This document shows positions 12,946 through 26,538 of a stretch of 64,000 nucleotides of DNA, piece after piece. The position numbers and the translations under genes were made by a program. The stretch is taken from the NCBI RefSeq assembly GCF_006345805.1, contig NW_021833251.1, positions 1-64,000 of the forward strand, in the 5' to 3' direction. The stretch is from Octopus sinensis (lineage: Eukaryota). The notes beneath the pieces are model-generated. The model did not search any database, was not told the DNA's origin, and worked only from the letters and a program-made list of their open reading frames with translations. Position 1 is the stretch's first letter. Each line of letters starts with the position of its first letter.

Positions 12946-13795
12946 GGTTTCAAATTTTTGGCTCAAGCTAAAATTTTGGGTGGAAAGAGTTTGTCAATTA
13001 ATCGATCCTTATATTTGAATAGTACTTGGTAGAAATGTCCATAAGAATTATGTCTGACACGCTAACGTTTCGGCCAGCCCTATTTCTTAATAAATAATTC
13101 ATTAAAATTTCGGTACACGGCTAGCAAATCTTTAGGGAGACGTGATCAACTATTACATCGACCTCAGTACCTGAATACAACTTTCTTTTATCGACATCTA
13201 GAAGATGTAACGCAAAGTCTGCCTAGGTTATGTTATTGAATTCAGAAGATAAGATATGATTGTAGAGGAAAAAATGGCAAACACTCCAATATCATGCACT
13301 TAGTAATACAGAAAGATAAAAATACCAAAGTATTTCATAAAATTAAGAAATGTCAGAAGCTGGCCACCTTGTTGCAAATAATTTCTTTACAAATTGATAC
13401 ACTCGATTCCACGCCCAAAGTATGTGACAGCAGGACAGTAGAATTGAGAGACACAGTGTCCGTTTGCAGAAACTAGTCATCCTCTGTATAAACTTCGAGA
13501 AATGCATATTGACGAAACAGTGCCCAAGGAAAATGACTCCAAATGAATAGGAAAACAAACGAAACATATATCCAATCATGTAAGAACTAGTTTCGATTTG
13601 TTTCACTAAACCCTTCGAAGGAGTGACACAGGATAGCAGCAATCAATAACTGAAGCAAATAAAGTAAAGTATTTATAGATACATACAGGTGTGGCTGCGT
13701 GGTAAGAAGTTTGCTTCGATATGGTTCTGGGTTCAGTCCCACTACTTGGCGCCTTGGGAAAGTGTCTTTTACCATACCCTCAGGCCTCCTGTATG

Positions 13796-13838
<43 letters not shown>

Positions 13839-13872
13839 TATATATAATGTATATATATATATATATATATAT

Positions 13873-13970
<98 letters not shown>

Positions 13971-14017
13971 GTATGTATGTATGTATGTATGCATGTATGT
14001 TGTATGTATGTATGTAG

Positions 14018-14087
<70 letters not shown>

Positions 14088-14223
14088 AAGAGATCATATA
14101 GATATAGCGAACTTTGGGTTAGACTATGTTACATATTTCAATATATAAAGGCAAATTCACTGCAGTATATGTATACATGTTTGTATATATGTGTGTACAC
14201 ACACACATACACACACACACACA

Positions 14224-14269
<46 letters not shown>

Positions 14270-14414
14270 GACAAGTAAATATGTGTATGATTTAATTTAT
14301 TCGTATGTACATGTGAACGTTTAGATATATGTATATATGAATATTCAAATATTAATACGCACATACAATTACACGCGTACTCTCTCTCTCTCTCTCTCCA
14401 CATACTCCACACAC

Positions 14415-14468
<54 letters not shown>

Positions 14469-16383
14469 ACACATACATATGTTTGTACTTGTTTATGTAT
14501 TTATTTAATATTTTATACTCACTTAATGAGCAAACAGCCTGACTGGAATAATCCAAAACCAATTTGGAAATGTAATATATTTTAGTTATTCAGACAAATT
14601 TTAAGCGGAGAGCTAAAACATATTTCTTTCATTGGCTAAAAAAAAAAAAAATGACATTATAACATTTAACCGTCTTTTTTATAATTTTGCTTTTTATTCA
14701 GTTTTTGGAGGGAGGGAGACATTTTTGTTTATTGTTGTTATTGACGCTTATTTTTGTTTTTGGCTTTGGCCTAAAATAATTTATTTCCGTTAATTTATTT
14801 ATTCAATTTATTAATGATAATTATTATTATTTTTATGATTATCATTATTGTTGTTGTTGTTGTTGTTATTGTTGTTTAAATTTCAATCTTTCTTTACGAC
14901 TTTCGATTCAAATATGTGGAAGGTTTAAATCAACGTTTTATACCTGTCAACGTCAGGTTATATTTGTGTTGGACAAGCAAAAGTCCATGGACGGTATGAG
15001 ATATTTCAACACAATTTTGGACAAGCATAATGTAAATTATTTATGTTGTATGTATGTGTTGGTGTGCTTGTCTATGTGCATATGTAGGAATGCAAGAGTG
15101 TGCATATATACATGTACATATGTGCATATAAACACTTATATGATCATAATGAGTGAATATGAGAGTCTAAATAAATACGCTTATATATACGCTTAAAACA
15201 AATACTTACACACATGCATATATATATATATACACATATATATATATATATATTTATATAATATATATATATATATATATACATTAATATAGGGTGCACG
15301 CGCATACATACTCAAACATTATAACACGCATATATTTGCACTTTCAAAAGGATGAATATCTGTGTGTGTGTATGTGTGAGTGTGTGTGCGTGCGTGCGTT
15401 TTTGTGTGTGTTTATGGTGCAGTTATTTATACGCACATAGTACTTACACACCATATATACATAACTATATGCGTTTGTATATGTGTGAGTATATGTCTGC
15501 GTATGTGTGTGAACGCCTGTATGCGTGTCTGCCTGAGCTGAGTGCAAAATTGTTTCAATGAAAATGATGATTTTTTTAATGATTTTTTTAATGCTAATTA
15601 ATGCACACTCGAAATAACGTTATGGATTGTCAAAATATGTGTATATATTAACTGAAATAGTACGTTGCAAAATACACTCAGATTTCAGAAAACAAGCACA
15701 AAACTTCATTTAAAATAAGCCAATTTTGAACCTCTAGATGCTTGCTGGCAAGTTAAGTATAATAGCCAAATATCATTGATACTCTAATTAATGAAACAAA
15801 TAATATTGACACATTAAGTCATGTATAAATAAACCTATGGGAAAATACATATGATATGGTCATGACTGGAATGCTTTTGAATATTGGCTTGCTTGACCCA
15901 ATGTTGGCCCGTGACTGTATTTTACACGAACAGCTGCGTAGTGAATAAGTTTGCTTACCAAATATATGGTTTTGTCTTGAGTACTATAGCGTGATAATTT
16001 TGGCTACTGTCTTATATGGAAGCCTTGAGTGACCAAATGCGTTCGTTTCCTTGTTTTCACATCGTACAATTGCTAAAAATAAATGTCGTTCATTTCGAAT
16101 ATTGAGCGCAATATTTCCCATGGGGAAATGTTACCTTGCTGGGAAACAAGTACGTTTTGAGTATAGAAATGGCCATAGAAAATCTACCTTAATTTTGTCG
16201 GACCCATGCAAGCATGAAAAACCGGACGTTTGAATAGAAATGATGATTGATTTTACCTTTTTAGTCAAGCAAGTTGGTAGTGCTCCTGGCCTGTTACATG
16301 GTGTACGAGACTGGAGAGTCATAGATGAGGTACGTATATTAAACCCGGCTTGAATTATTGCAATGGAATGGATTTTTGTAAAC

Positions 16384-16720
16384 CAGGGTTTCTCAAACAA
16401 TTTTTTTTTACCTAAGGATCCCTTTAATTACTATTTTATTCTGGTCGACTCCCATAGACATTCGCTGTTTAAAATCTAGTTTTATAGTATCTTCTGTCAA
16501 AATTCCTATATTGTATTTCGTACATTCATTTGTATAGGTTGAACAATGTAAAATGTTAGAGAGAGAAATCTAGCATTATTTTTTTTGCAATACATACCAA
16601 TACATACATGTAAAGTAAAATCTTTTCATATCACTTAGACTACTAATGTGGATCCCCAGTTTACTGTTTTGTTGCGTGAATCCCAAGAAATCTTATATGG
16701 ATCCCGGTTGAGAACGACTG
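16384..16720. mobile_element. hAT (Charlie-like) MITE, 337 bp
   Basis: Terminal inverted repeats CAGGGTTTCTCAAAC / GGTTGAGAACGACTG; imperfect 8-bp TSD TTGTAAAC (16376-16383) / CTTTAAAC (16721-16728); subterminal GGATCCC motifs. Confidence 0.75.
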
Positions 16721-16806
16721 CTTTAAACAGTTCTATATTTAAGAGAGGAGGAATTATGTACATTATTTACATTTGACAGATATTTGTCCTCATCTTGTTT
16801 GTTGTT

Positions 16807-16853
16807 AACACAACGTTTTCGGCTGATATACCCTCCGGCCTTCATTAGGTGTC
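16807..16853 (-). ncRNA. Mutated hammerhead motif (inverted copy)
   Basis: Same architecture, but the core reads CTAATGA (G5A) and has an extra A after GAAA; likely inactive. Confidence 0.55.
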
Positions 16854-16968
16854 TTAGGGAAATTTCGAACCTGGGTTCTCATTCCTAAGGTAAGTGGTTA
16901 AGAGTGCGGGCTACCAACGCCAAGATTCCGAGTTCGATTCCAAGCAGTGAGCAGGGACCTGAATGATG

Positions 16969-17034
<66 letters not shown>

Positions 17035-17081
17035 TCGAAGAATACCTTAGTAATGCGAACCCAGGTTCGAAATTTCCTCAA

Positions 17082-17121
17082 GACACCTGATGAAGGCTGG
17101 AGGCAGCTGAAACGTTGTGTT
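17082..17121 (+). ncRNA. Minimal type-I hammerhead ribozyme motif
   Basis: Stem I GACAC/GTGTT, core CTGATGA(A), stem II GGCTG-GAGG-CAGCT, GAAA, palindromic ACGT as stem III, predicted cleavage after GUU at 17116. Confidence 0.7.
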
Positions 17122-17696
17122 AACAACATACAAGGTGAGGACAAATATCCGTCAAGTGTAAATAATGTAAATAATGGACTGCTTTAACGTCAAACAAGTG
17201 TTAGATTTTGCTGATAAGCCACCTAACGGTTTAAGTCCACCATCCTGGTAACCCACAGCGGAATTCTGATTTTGAACACAAAAAGACATAATAAATACCA
17301 ACGTACTTATATTTCAGCAAATCCACCGCTTTACTTCGATATTTCTCATCGATCTTCCAAATGGACGAAGTCGATAGAATTTGAACTCAGAACGCCCACA
17401 TTTGGAACGGATACTACGATTTGTCACCTGATATATAGGTTTCATTTCAGTTCTTGATATGCGTTATAGAAGTTGCGGGCAATGATCTGGCTGAATCGTT
17501 ACCGCACTGTGCAAAAATTCCAAGCGGCATTTTTTTTCCGGTTTTATATTTTCAGTTCAAATTACCGCCGATGTCGGCTTTGCTTTCATCATTTTTGCAA
17601 CAATAAAATGGGCATGAATCAAGGAGTGGGATTTATGCCAGTAATGTACCCAAGCCCTCAATAAGCTCTGTACTTATGAGTTCTAGAACCCTTTTG

Positions 17697-17793
17697 TTAC
17701 GCACTGGGATCGATGTAATCGACTTAATCCATATGTCTGTCCTCGTTTGTCCCTTCTATGTTTAGCCCCTTGTGGGCAATAAAGAAATAAGAA
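17697..17793 (+). mobile_element. SINE family B 3' fragment
   Basis: TTACGCACTGGGATCGATGTAATCGACTTAATCC...GCAATAAAGAAATAAG. Confidence 0.8.
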
Positions 17794-18717
17794 ACATTGG
17801 CGAAGAAAAATAAGAGCCAATAAAATATAGGCAAACCCGGTAAAAGACCAACTGGCAATAATTCAATTATTAGCTTACCTAAATTCAACTGAAACATCGG
17901 GGTGTTATACAAGTACAATGTTACAGTTGTTTTTATGCTGTGTTTATGCTTCAGTCCCAACACTTCACTCCCTTTTCGTTTCCTCGCTAACATTTTATCC
18001 CTGCCTCCCCGCAATCTCATTTTCTCTTCCTATATTTCCATGTTGATGATTTTAGCGTTAGCTCTTACTTAATATATCGCTTTACGTATTGGTGGAATTA
18101 TAAAGTTATTCCTCGAAGTGAACATGAAAAAAATAAATGGATTAGGAATAAATAAATATGAAATACACAAGAAAAGATATATAATTGAAACAAACTTTGC
18201 GTCTTTTCTTAGAAAGCAAAACGAATAAGTTTTATGTGTGCGGTGTATATGCGTGTGTTCATGTATATAAACATGTGCGCACGTATATAAATAAGTATAT
18301 GTATGGAAATATATACATATATATGGATTCATATATGCATATATATATATGCGTACATATATGTATGTGTGTGTACATTCATACATGACCACATGCATAA
18401 AATTGAAGGTACACATATATATTCATACATGTATGTGTATACACACACATGCACATACACGCATACGCATATGCATATATATATATGTGCGTGTTGTACC
18501 TATGTGTGAGTGTGTGTGTGTGGCTGTGTACAATATAGCAAAAAAAAAAAACATTTTACTTAAACTTAACTCCAAAATGTTTCAAACTAACTTTTTACAA
18601 CTACAGATGTAACTGGAGGATATTACAAGCAATAAAAATTGTGAAATTTTAAATAAATGCATATTTTACATTCTACAGTTTTAACGAATTACTACGTACG
18701 CGCGCACATACACACAT

Positions 18718-18776
<59 letters not shown>

Positions 18777-19456
18777 TATATATATAATTTCCAAAACAAT
18801 AATTCGAAGAAAAATTTCTTCTAGTAATCTCGGTTCAAGAATCGATAACGATGAAGACGATGGTTATGATGGTGATGATGATCAAGACGACAACGAATAG
18901 CACGACCAGGGCGGCGTGTTGGATGATGATGATGATGAAGATGATGGTGGTGATGGTGGTGGTGGTGGTTGTGGTGGTGGTGGTGGTGGTTGTGGTTGTA
19001 GTGGCGGTGGTGGTCACAGATATCCTCAACGTCACCTGCGACATCATCATCATGTTGATATCTACTTTTTTTTTTTACTTGTTTCAGTCATGTGACTGTG
19101 GCCATGCTGGAGCACCACCCTTGGTCGAGCAAATCGACCCCAGGACTTATTCTTTGTAAGCCTAGTACTTATTCTATCGGTCTCTTTTACCGAACCGCTA
19201 AGTTACGGGTGACAAAGTCGATGTACTTAATGAAGTTAGTAAGGAATGATAAGCATAATGATGATGATTGCGATGATATTGTTGGTGGTAATGCTTTGGA
19301 ATTGAGAACAAAAGGTGGTTGGATAAGTTTGCCGAGAACTTTCGGAAGTTTTATGGGTCCAAATAGCTAATACATCAAAAGTATCATAACGTCAGCATGT
19401 ACATATGCATACAGAAGGAAAATATATAATACGGGTAGACAGGCAGACATATAGAT

Positions 19457-19500
<44 letters not shown>

Positions 19501-19652
19501 TAGATAGATAGATAGATAGATAGAATTGTAGACTCACACACACATACAAGCACACACAAACACACACACAAACCACTCACATAAACACACATATATATAT
19601 ATAACATACGTCTAACCGTACTCATTCATGTTGATTCTATTTTTTCAATTAA

Positions 19653-19726
<74 letters not shown>

Positions 19727-19986
19727 GTGGTGTGGTGTGTGTGTGTGCATACATATATGCATATAAATTATCTGTTAACCTTCTTATGTAGCCTATCTAC
19801 CTAAATACAAATATGTACATATATTTGTATGCATATTTATGTGTGTATATATATACATACATATATACATGTATATATATATATATATTATATATATTAT
19901 ATAGATAATGTGTTTGTGTGTGTGTGTGTGTGTGTGTATGTATGGATATATATATATATATATATATATATATTCTATTATAATAT

Positions 19987-20017
<31 letters not shown>

Positions 20018-20089
20018 TATATGTATGTATATATGTATATTTTGAAAATTTATGGCGTCGTATATACAGATACACACATACATTCGGCC

Positions 20090-20123
<34 letters not shown>

Positions 20124-20496
20124 CTATATGTATGCATGTATGTATGTATATTTGTATGTATGTAACACACGAAACCCATGAATATGAGTTAATAACAAAT
20201 CAAGAAGTTCATATATTTCTTCATTTTTTCGCGCAGTAAATTTGCAGCATGTATGTCTAAAATATTAAGATTTTATTTTATATGGAATTTTGTCACTTGA
20301 GCATTTTTCTATCCGAGATGTCTTAGTCTTGTCATATAACGTAAATTATGTAAATGAATATCCATTTATAATTGTATATATGTGTATATATATTGTATAT
20401 ATACATATATATATATATGTATATAAATTTACTTATTTATGTAAATATATATATATATATATATTGTATATGCACATACACACACATTCAAATACA

Positions 20497-20536
<40 letters not shown>

Positions 20537-20773
20537 AATAGGTGTATATGCAGGCATTCACCTATGTTAATATATTTGTCTTTTTATATTTCTTCATAAT
20601 TTACTGGTTTAAAATTCTTTAGCATATATGCATTCTTTATGTTTCCGCATATGTGAAATTTATTTAAAAATTCCCTCAAAAATAAACATTAAAATTTTGA
20701 CAATTTACTTAAAAATTACGTAAGTTTTTATTCATTTAATTTTAGCAAATCAAATCAGTTTGCGCAAATATTT

Positions 20774-20800
20774 TCATTATTATTATTATCATTATTATTA

Positions 20801-20843
<43 letters not shown>

Positions 20844-20930
20844 GCTTTTGCTGTTGTTATTATTATTATTGATGTTGTTGTTGTTGTTGTTGTTATTATT
20901 ATTATTATTACTATTATTATTATTATTATT

Positions 20931-20963
<33 letters not shown>

Positions 20964-20991
20964 GTCATCATCATCGTCATCATCATCATCC

Positions 20992-21030
<39 letters not shown>

Positions 21031-21075
21031 ACATCATCATCATCATCATTTTCGTCATCACCGTTGTCGTTGTCG
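20774..21075. repeat. Compound (ATT)n/(GTT)n/(ATC)n trinucleotide array
   Basis: Direct inspection. Confidence 0.95.
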
Positions 21076-21228
21076 TTGATAATTTTAATATTGCTCTTGT
21101 TCTTAATATTTCATGTTATATTTCTTTTCAAAGTATTTATTTTATGGAGAACTTTAAATATATATACACTTGGGAAACACCTATATACATAGCGTGGTGC
21201 ATTTACACACATACACATACATGCGTAC

Positions 21229-21301
<73 letters not shown>

Positions 21302-21709
21302 GTTATATATACATATATGCAACTTTCGTTTTTATTTTTTTTCATTATTTAGCACATTAAATATGCAATTTTATAAGCACTTTTCTAATTGGTATGTAAT
21401 CATATATTTGTATATATCAAATATTCAAAAATATAATTATGAATTTATTTACTTAACTCTCCGTAAACCCCTTTCCTTTCACCCCACCCCATACACACAA
21501 ACAAACATGCACAAACATACACAAACACACACACACACACATACGTTCAAATATATATGGATGAGCTATTTTCTGTGTGTTTGTAATGGTTTCACCTGTA
21601 AAGATGTCGTATATGCAAGTGTTTTCTTCAGTTCCACTTATAATGTATGTGTGTTCACGTAAAACTCAAAAATACCAAAATTTTGCAGTACACACAAACA
21701 CATATTTAT

Positions 21710-21941
21710 AGGCGCAGGAGTGGCTGCATGTTAAGTAGCTTTCTTACCAACCAACCAGCCACATGGTTACGGGTTCAGTCCCAATGCGTGGCACCTTGGG
21801 CAACTGTCTTCTACTATAGCCTTGTGGGTGGATTTGGTAGACGGAAACTGAAAGAAGCCCGTCGCATGTATATATATATACGTATATATGTGTGTATGTA
21901 TGTATGTGTGTCTGTGTTTGGAGCCACCCCACAATCGCTTG

Positions 21942-21945
<4 letters not shown>
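21710..21945 (+). mobile_element. SINE family A 5' half, truncated at a TA tract
   Basis: Head, CORE-like box and start of the second half present; tail absent. Confidence 0.85.
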
Positions 21946-21985
<40 letters not shown>

Positions 21986-22035
21986 CAATACATATATATA
22001 TATTATATATATATATATATTATACATATTATATA

Positions 22036-22094
<59 letters not shown>

Positions 22095-22172
22095 ATATAT
22101 ATATATCAATAGTAATAGTAATGGCAGCAAAAGAATGAATGAGACCTCGATATTATGTAAGTAGAGTAATTT

Positions 22173-22394
22173 ATCTGTAATAATATATGTAACGATTATA
22201 CGTTTGCCGTAATAAAACTCCGAGTTTCGGATGTGGGGGCAGAAATCTGCTCCGGCATCTCGTCAGTTATTAAGACAAACAAAAATGCGCTTATTAAGAA
22301 CTGACGAGATGCCGGAACTGATTTCCTCCTCGACATCCGAAACGCGGAGTTTTATTATGGCAAACGAATAATTGTTACATATTATATTACAGAT
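22173..22394. mobile_element. About 100-bp-arm inverted repeat carrying two divergent hammerhead motifs (Penelope-like termini)
   Basis: 22173-22273 is the reverse complement of 22294-22394 with scattered mismatches; each arm has CTGACGA GATG...CATCC GAAAC. Confidence 0.75.
22210..22272 (-). ncRNA. Minimal type-I hammerhead ribozyme motif
   Basis: Minus strand: stem I TAATAA/TTATTA (6 bp perfect), CTGACGA, stem II GATG...CATC(C), GAAA, 2-bp stem III AC/GT with TCGGA loop, GUU cleavage triplet. Confidence 0.65.
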
Positions 22395-22423
22395 GTATAT
22401 GTGTGTGTGCGTTTATGAGTATT

Positions 22424-23262
22424 ATGTAAGAGAAACCGGAAAAGTTCCCTGTGGGATATGCCCGTTGTAGTTCAGGCTTCCGCCGCGAGGATCCACTTGC
22501 TGTGGCCCTCAGGCATCATTGTGCCGACAAACGTTGTCTTGTGTGGTTCTACTGCCAAGTGGTGCGTCTTTATTTAGCTGTGCACCCCCCTCCCAGTTCA
22601 TCGGTTTTTACGTGCTTCCATGAAATTCTATTTTCTGCTGATGAAAACGGAGGCTAAAACAGTTCTCATGCTTCAAACAACAAACAAGGACACTCCCATG
22701 GGCGAAACCTAAGAGTACGTGTGGTTTTCAAGCTTTAGGAATGGTTACCTGTCTCTTGAGGACCAACCACGTTCGGGGCGACCGTCAACCTACCGAGCGA
22801 TTGAAAGCATCATGAAAATACATGAACTGATCTTGGAGGATTTTCACTGAAATAATTGATGAACTTGTTGATATGACTGGTGTGACCTAGAACTCCTGCT
22901 AATGAATTTTGTACGAGTAATTGCGAGAGCAAAGAGTTGTAGAAAAATTTGTGCCTCGCCTGCTCACGCAAGATCACAAGTAGTCACGACGGAAAGAACA
23001 TTTGGTAGTTGAAACAGACCATTTTTTCACTGGTGAAGGAAGCTGGTGCTAACGAATTTGCAGATGTGGAATGGGTGAAGAGTTAAAAGGTAACACTTCG
23101 TAAGAGTTCCAGCACTGCAGCCAACAGTAGAAAATGCGTCTGGACCGAAGCTTTGCTTCAAATGTAGAATACTTTGAAAGCAATAAAAGTGTAAACATGT
23201 AAAACTAAGTGAATCAAATAATATTGCAAAATTCTGCTTTGTTTTGAGTATCCCCTTGTGTA
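22424..23262 (+). mobile_element. Internally deleted, decayed mariner element
   Basis: Translation gives MKFYFLL, VWFSSFRNGYLSLEDQPRSGRPST, KFVPRLLT and a C-terminal SNVEYFE; these are the mariner HTH, PRSGRP, WVPxxL and terminal EYFE motifs. TIR-like end TTTTGAGTATCCCCTTGTGTA. Confidence 0.85.
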
Positions 23263-23269
23263 TATATAT

Positions 23270-23929
23270 ACTAGCAGTATCGCCCGCGTTGCTCGGGTTT
23301 GTAAGGGAAATAACTATATAAGCATTTTTAGAGAGTTATAGCAAAAAAATGAGCAAAAAAATGGAATAAAAAATGATGGTAATTTTTTTTTTAATCGTTG
23401 ACTCATCGTAGACATTTTTAGAGAGTTACTTCCCTTATATAATAGCGAAAAAATGCATTAAAATGGAAAAAATGATGGTAAATTTTTTTTTAAATCTTAG
23501 ACTTATCGTAGACGCTTTCTTAGCCATTTCTGTTTTGGTGTCTTCAAGCCATGAAGTCGTTGTTCTAAAAGAACGCTGGTCTCCTTGACAATGCTTTACG
23601 ACGTTGATTTCCTTACACTCTCTTCCCCACAGCTTCACGAGGGAGGGAAGAAGGGGGAGAAGCAACACAGGTGCAGGTGTGACCATGGACGCCAACTCTG
23701 CCGCCATCGACACACGAAAAAATATGCGTTAAAATGAAAAAAAATTATGTTAAATTATTTTTAAAATCGTAGACTCATCGTAGACGCGCGCTAATACCCA
23801 GGCGGGCTCGATATGAATCCCGACTATAAGATACCCGAATTTGGTTAAACTGTACCGCAAAATGTGGGAGTAGTTAGGAATCTAAATCTTAGGAGACAGA
23901 CACTCACACAACTACAGTTTTATATATAT
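23270..23929 (+). mobile_element. Non-autonomous Helentron/HINE (DINE-1/Lep1-like) element, copy 1
   Basis: Starts ACTAGCAGTATCGCCCGCGTTGCTCGGG (subterminal hairpin), ends ACAACTACAGTTTTATATATAT, sits in a TA tract and has internal sub-repeats. Confidence 0.7.
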
Positions 23930-24442
23930 ACTAGCAGTATCATCCGGCGTTGCTCGGGTTTGTAAGAGAAATAACTATATAAGCATTTTTAGAGAGTTAC
24001 TTCCTTTATAGATGCCAATTCGGGCTTTCTTAGCCATTTCTGTTTTGGTGTCTTCAAGCCATGAAGTCGTTGTTCTAAAAGAACGCTGGTCTCCTTGACA
24101 ACGCATTACGACGTTGATTTCCTTAAACTCCCTTCTCCACAGCTTCACGAGGGAGGGAAAAGGGGGAGAAGCAAACAGGTGCAGCTGTGAGCGTGGACGC
24201 CAACTCCGCCGCCATCGACACACGAAAAATTATGCATTAAAATGGAATAAAAAATGATGTTAAATTAATTTTACAATCGTAGACTCATCGTAGACGCGTG
24301 CTAATAGCCAGACGGGCTCGATATTAATCACGACTATAAGATACCCGAATTTGGTTAAACTGCACCGCAAAATGTGGGAGGAGTTAGGAATCTAAATCGT
24401 AGGAGACAGACACTCACACAACTACAGTTTTATATATATAGA
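23930..24442 (+). mobile_element. Helentron/HINE-like element, copy 2 (head-to-tail with copy 1)
   Basis: Same termini, shorter 5' internal region. Confidence 0.7.
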
Positions 24443-25531
24443 TATATATATAAATATATATATGTGTGTGTGTGTGTGTGTGTATGTGTGTATGTGTGTG
24501 TGTATGTGTGTGCGCGTGTGTGTGTGAATACATGTAAGTATGTATATATATATATATACGGATCCATGCTAATAACTTAGGAGTAATTTCGATTCCCAGC
24601 TGGTTTGCTCAATATGGCAACACCATTGTTATGTTTTCAAAGTGAAAAAATGTGGGTTCTTGAATCGAAGTGAAAATATTCCATCAGAATTGACGTATTT
24701 CTTATCCATTAGTTAAATTGTGTTTTTAATGATTTGCCCGATTCTCTAAGACGTTATTGAGAACTCGACTGGTAACATACTTTCTGAACACAAGATGAAC
24801 GAGAGAAGACGTCCTTACTGTAAGATCAATTATCTTGCTAATGAATAAGTGTGTTATAAAGAGGCTACATTTCAACGAAAAGTCTTCAATAAAAGGCGAA
24901 ACATTTCCGTGCATGTCTTTTATAAGTATAGCTAGAAAAATAACAATTATCGACAAATGAGATATTTCCTAAATCACATATGCGAATGTCTTTAACATTT
25001 TATAATTGAATTCTTTCAGGCAATGGACAGTCATGTTAAGGGAGGTCTTGAATGGTTAGCAACTTTTACCAACTTTTCTCACAAGATATCGGCTGGCCAA
25101 GAGACATAGTATAAGATACTTGCTCAACTACCCACACACTGGAATTGATACGTCATCACGTTGTTTCGAAAGTTAATTTCTTAACTACACATTCATTATA
25201 CGTTAATTATTTAAGTTTGGAAGTAATAAATACATACAATTAAATCGAATTAGTATAGACAGGGTGATATTTTTGCTTTTACCTTTTTAATTTATTATTT
25301 GCCGGCTGGTAATGAAATATTTACGCTTCGAGCAGACTAATTTTGGTATATAATAAATACGATGCATTGTAGTATTATAAAATTCTGTATCGTTATTTTG
25401 GTGCTTCCAGAATTGCATAAATCGGTGGATGATATAAGCAAAGTTACTGAGATTAAATTTTGGCTTGGATTCTTTGAGAATAAGAATGGAAAACTAATGG
25501 AATGGAATAACTTAATATTTTCCGTTCCCAG

Positions 25532-25567
25532 AGACAATGAAAAACGCAGGAATAGAGCTTGAAATTG
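25532..25567 (+). other. Candidate 36-nt phase-1/phase-1 coding exon (xTMKNAGIELEI)
   Basis: CTTAAT branch-like site, pyrimidine tract TTTTCCGTTCCCAG, donor GTAAGT, open frame; no recognised homology. Confidence 0.25.
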
Positions 25568-25873
25568 GTAAGTTCGTGGCAAAGAAAGATAAAGGACGGG
25601 AAACTAAAATATTGCTGATGCGACGATATTGAAGGAATTATTTAATATGGGAAATAATTACATTCTAATCGAAATGAAACATACGACTAGTTGAAGGGAC
25701 AGTTATTAATACCTGAGAATTTTTTTTTTTTTTATAAAATTTTGTTTTGTATATAAATATTTTCAATCACTTTTTTATATTTTTTGTTGTTTTATTAAAT
25801 GTACTTTCCTTACCTTTTCCCAAAATCAGCTGCACATACAGTCACAAAAACCTACATATACACATACACACAC

Positions 25874-25907
<34 letters not shown>

Positions 25908-26204
25908 ATATATACATACATACATACATACATACACATGTATATATATATATATATGTGTGTGTGTATATATATATAAACATACTGTACAGTTCAGTAA
26001 TCGAGTGTATGTAGGGGATACACCATACGTTCTTCACATATATACAGTTATTATAAATTTATATTTATTATATTATCATTATAAATAATATTTACATTCA
26101 TAGTATATTTCCAACGCTGTAATATAAGGTAAAACTCGTGTAACATAGAATTATAAACACACCAAATTTTGCAGTCTTTGAATATATTTTCCTTTATTCT
26201 TTTA

Positions 26205-26475
26205 TTTGGTTCAGTCATTTGACAACACTTTAAAAGGATTTATTTGAAGAAATCGACCCCAGGACATATTCGGGGACATAAACATACCACCATTGAATCT
26301 CAAGCGATGGAAGTAGGACATAAAAATAAATACATACGTGCATATATATATATATATATATATACATACGACGGGCTTCTTTCTGTTTCCGTTTACCAAA
26401 TCCACTCAGAAGATTTTGATCGACACGAGGCTACAGTAAAACATACTTGCCCAACGTGCCACGCAGTAGGATTAC
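26205..26475 (-). mobile_element. SINE family A, diverged partial copy
   Basis: Reverse-complement similarity to the tail and CORE-like region. Confidence 0.75.
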
Positions 26476-26507
26476 ATATAACTCACACACACACTCACAC
26501 ACGCACG

Positions 26508-26538
<31 letters not shown>

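Larger units (their letters stand above)
16753..17175 (+). mobile_element. Penelope-like-terminus element: inverted tail copy + tRNA-like head fragment + (TAA)n + hammerhead-bearing tail
   Basis: Arms 16753-16892 and 17043-17175 are inverted homologs. The spacer has AGTGGTTAAGAGTGCGGGCTACC...GAGTTCGATTCC (A/B-box-like) and a TAA run. Confidence 0.7.

Noticed and set aside
13300-13600. Possible piggyBac remnant (GHLVANNFFTN resembling the DNFFTS motif)
   Set aside because: Single weak motif; downstream sequence does not follow the expected motifs, and no TIR or TTAA ends were found.
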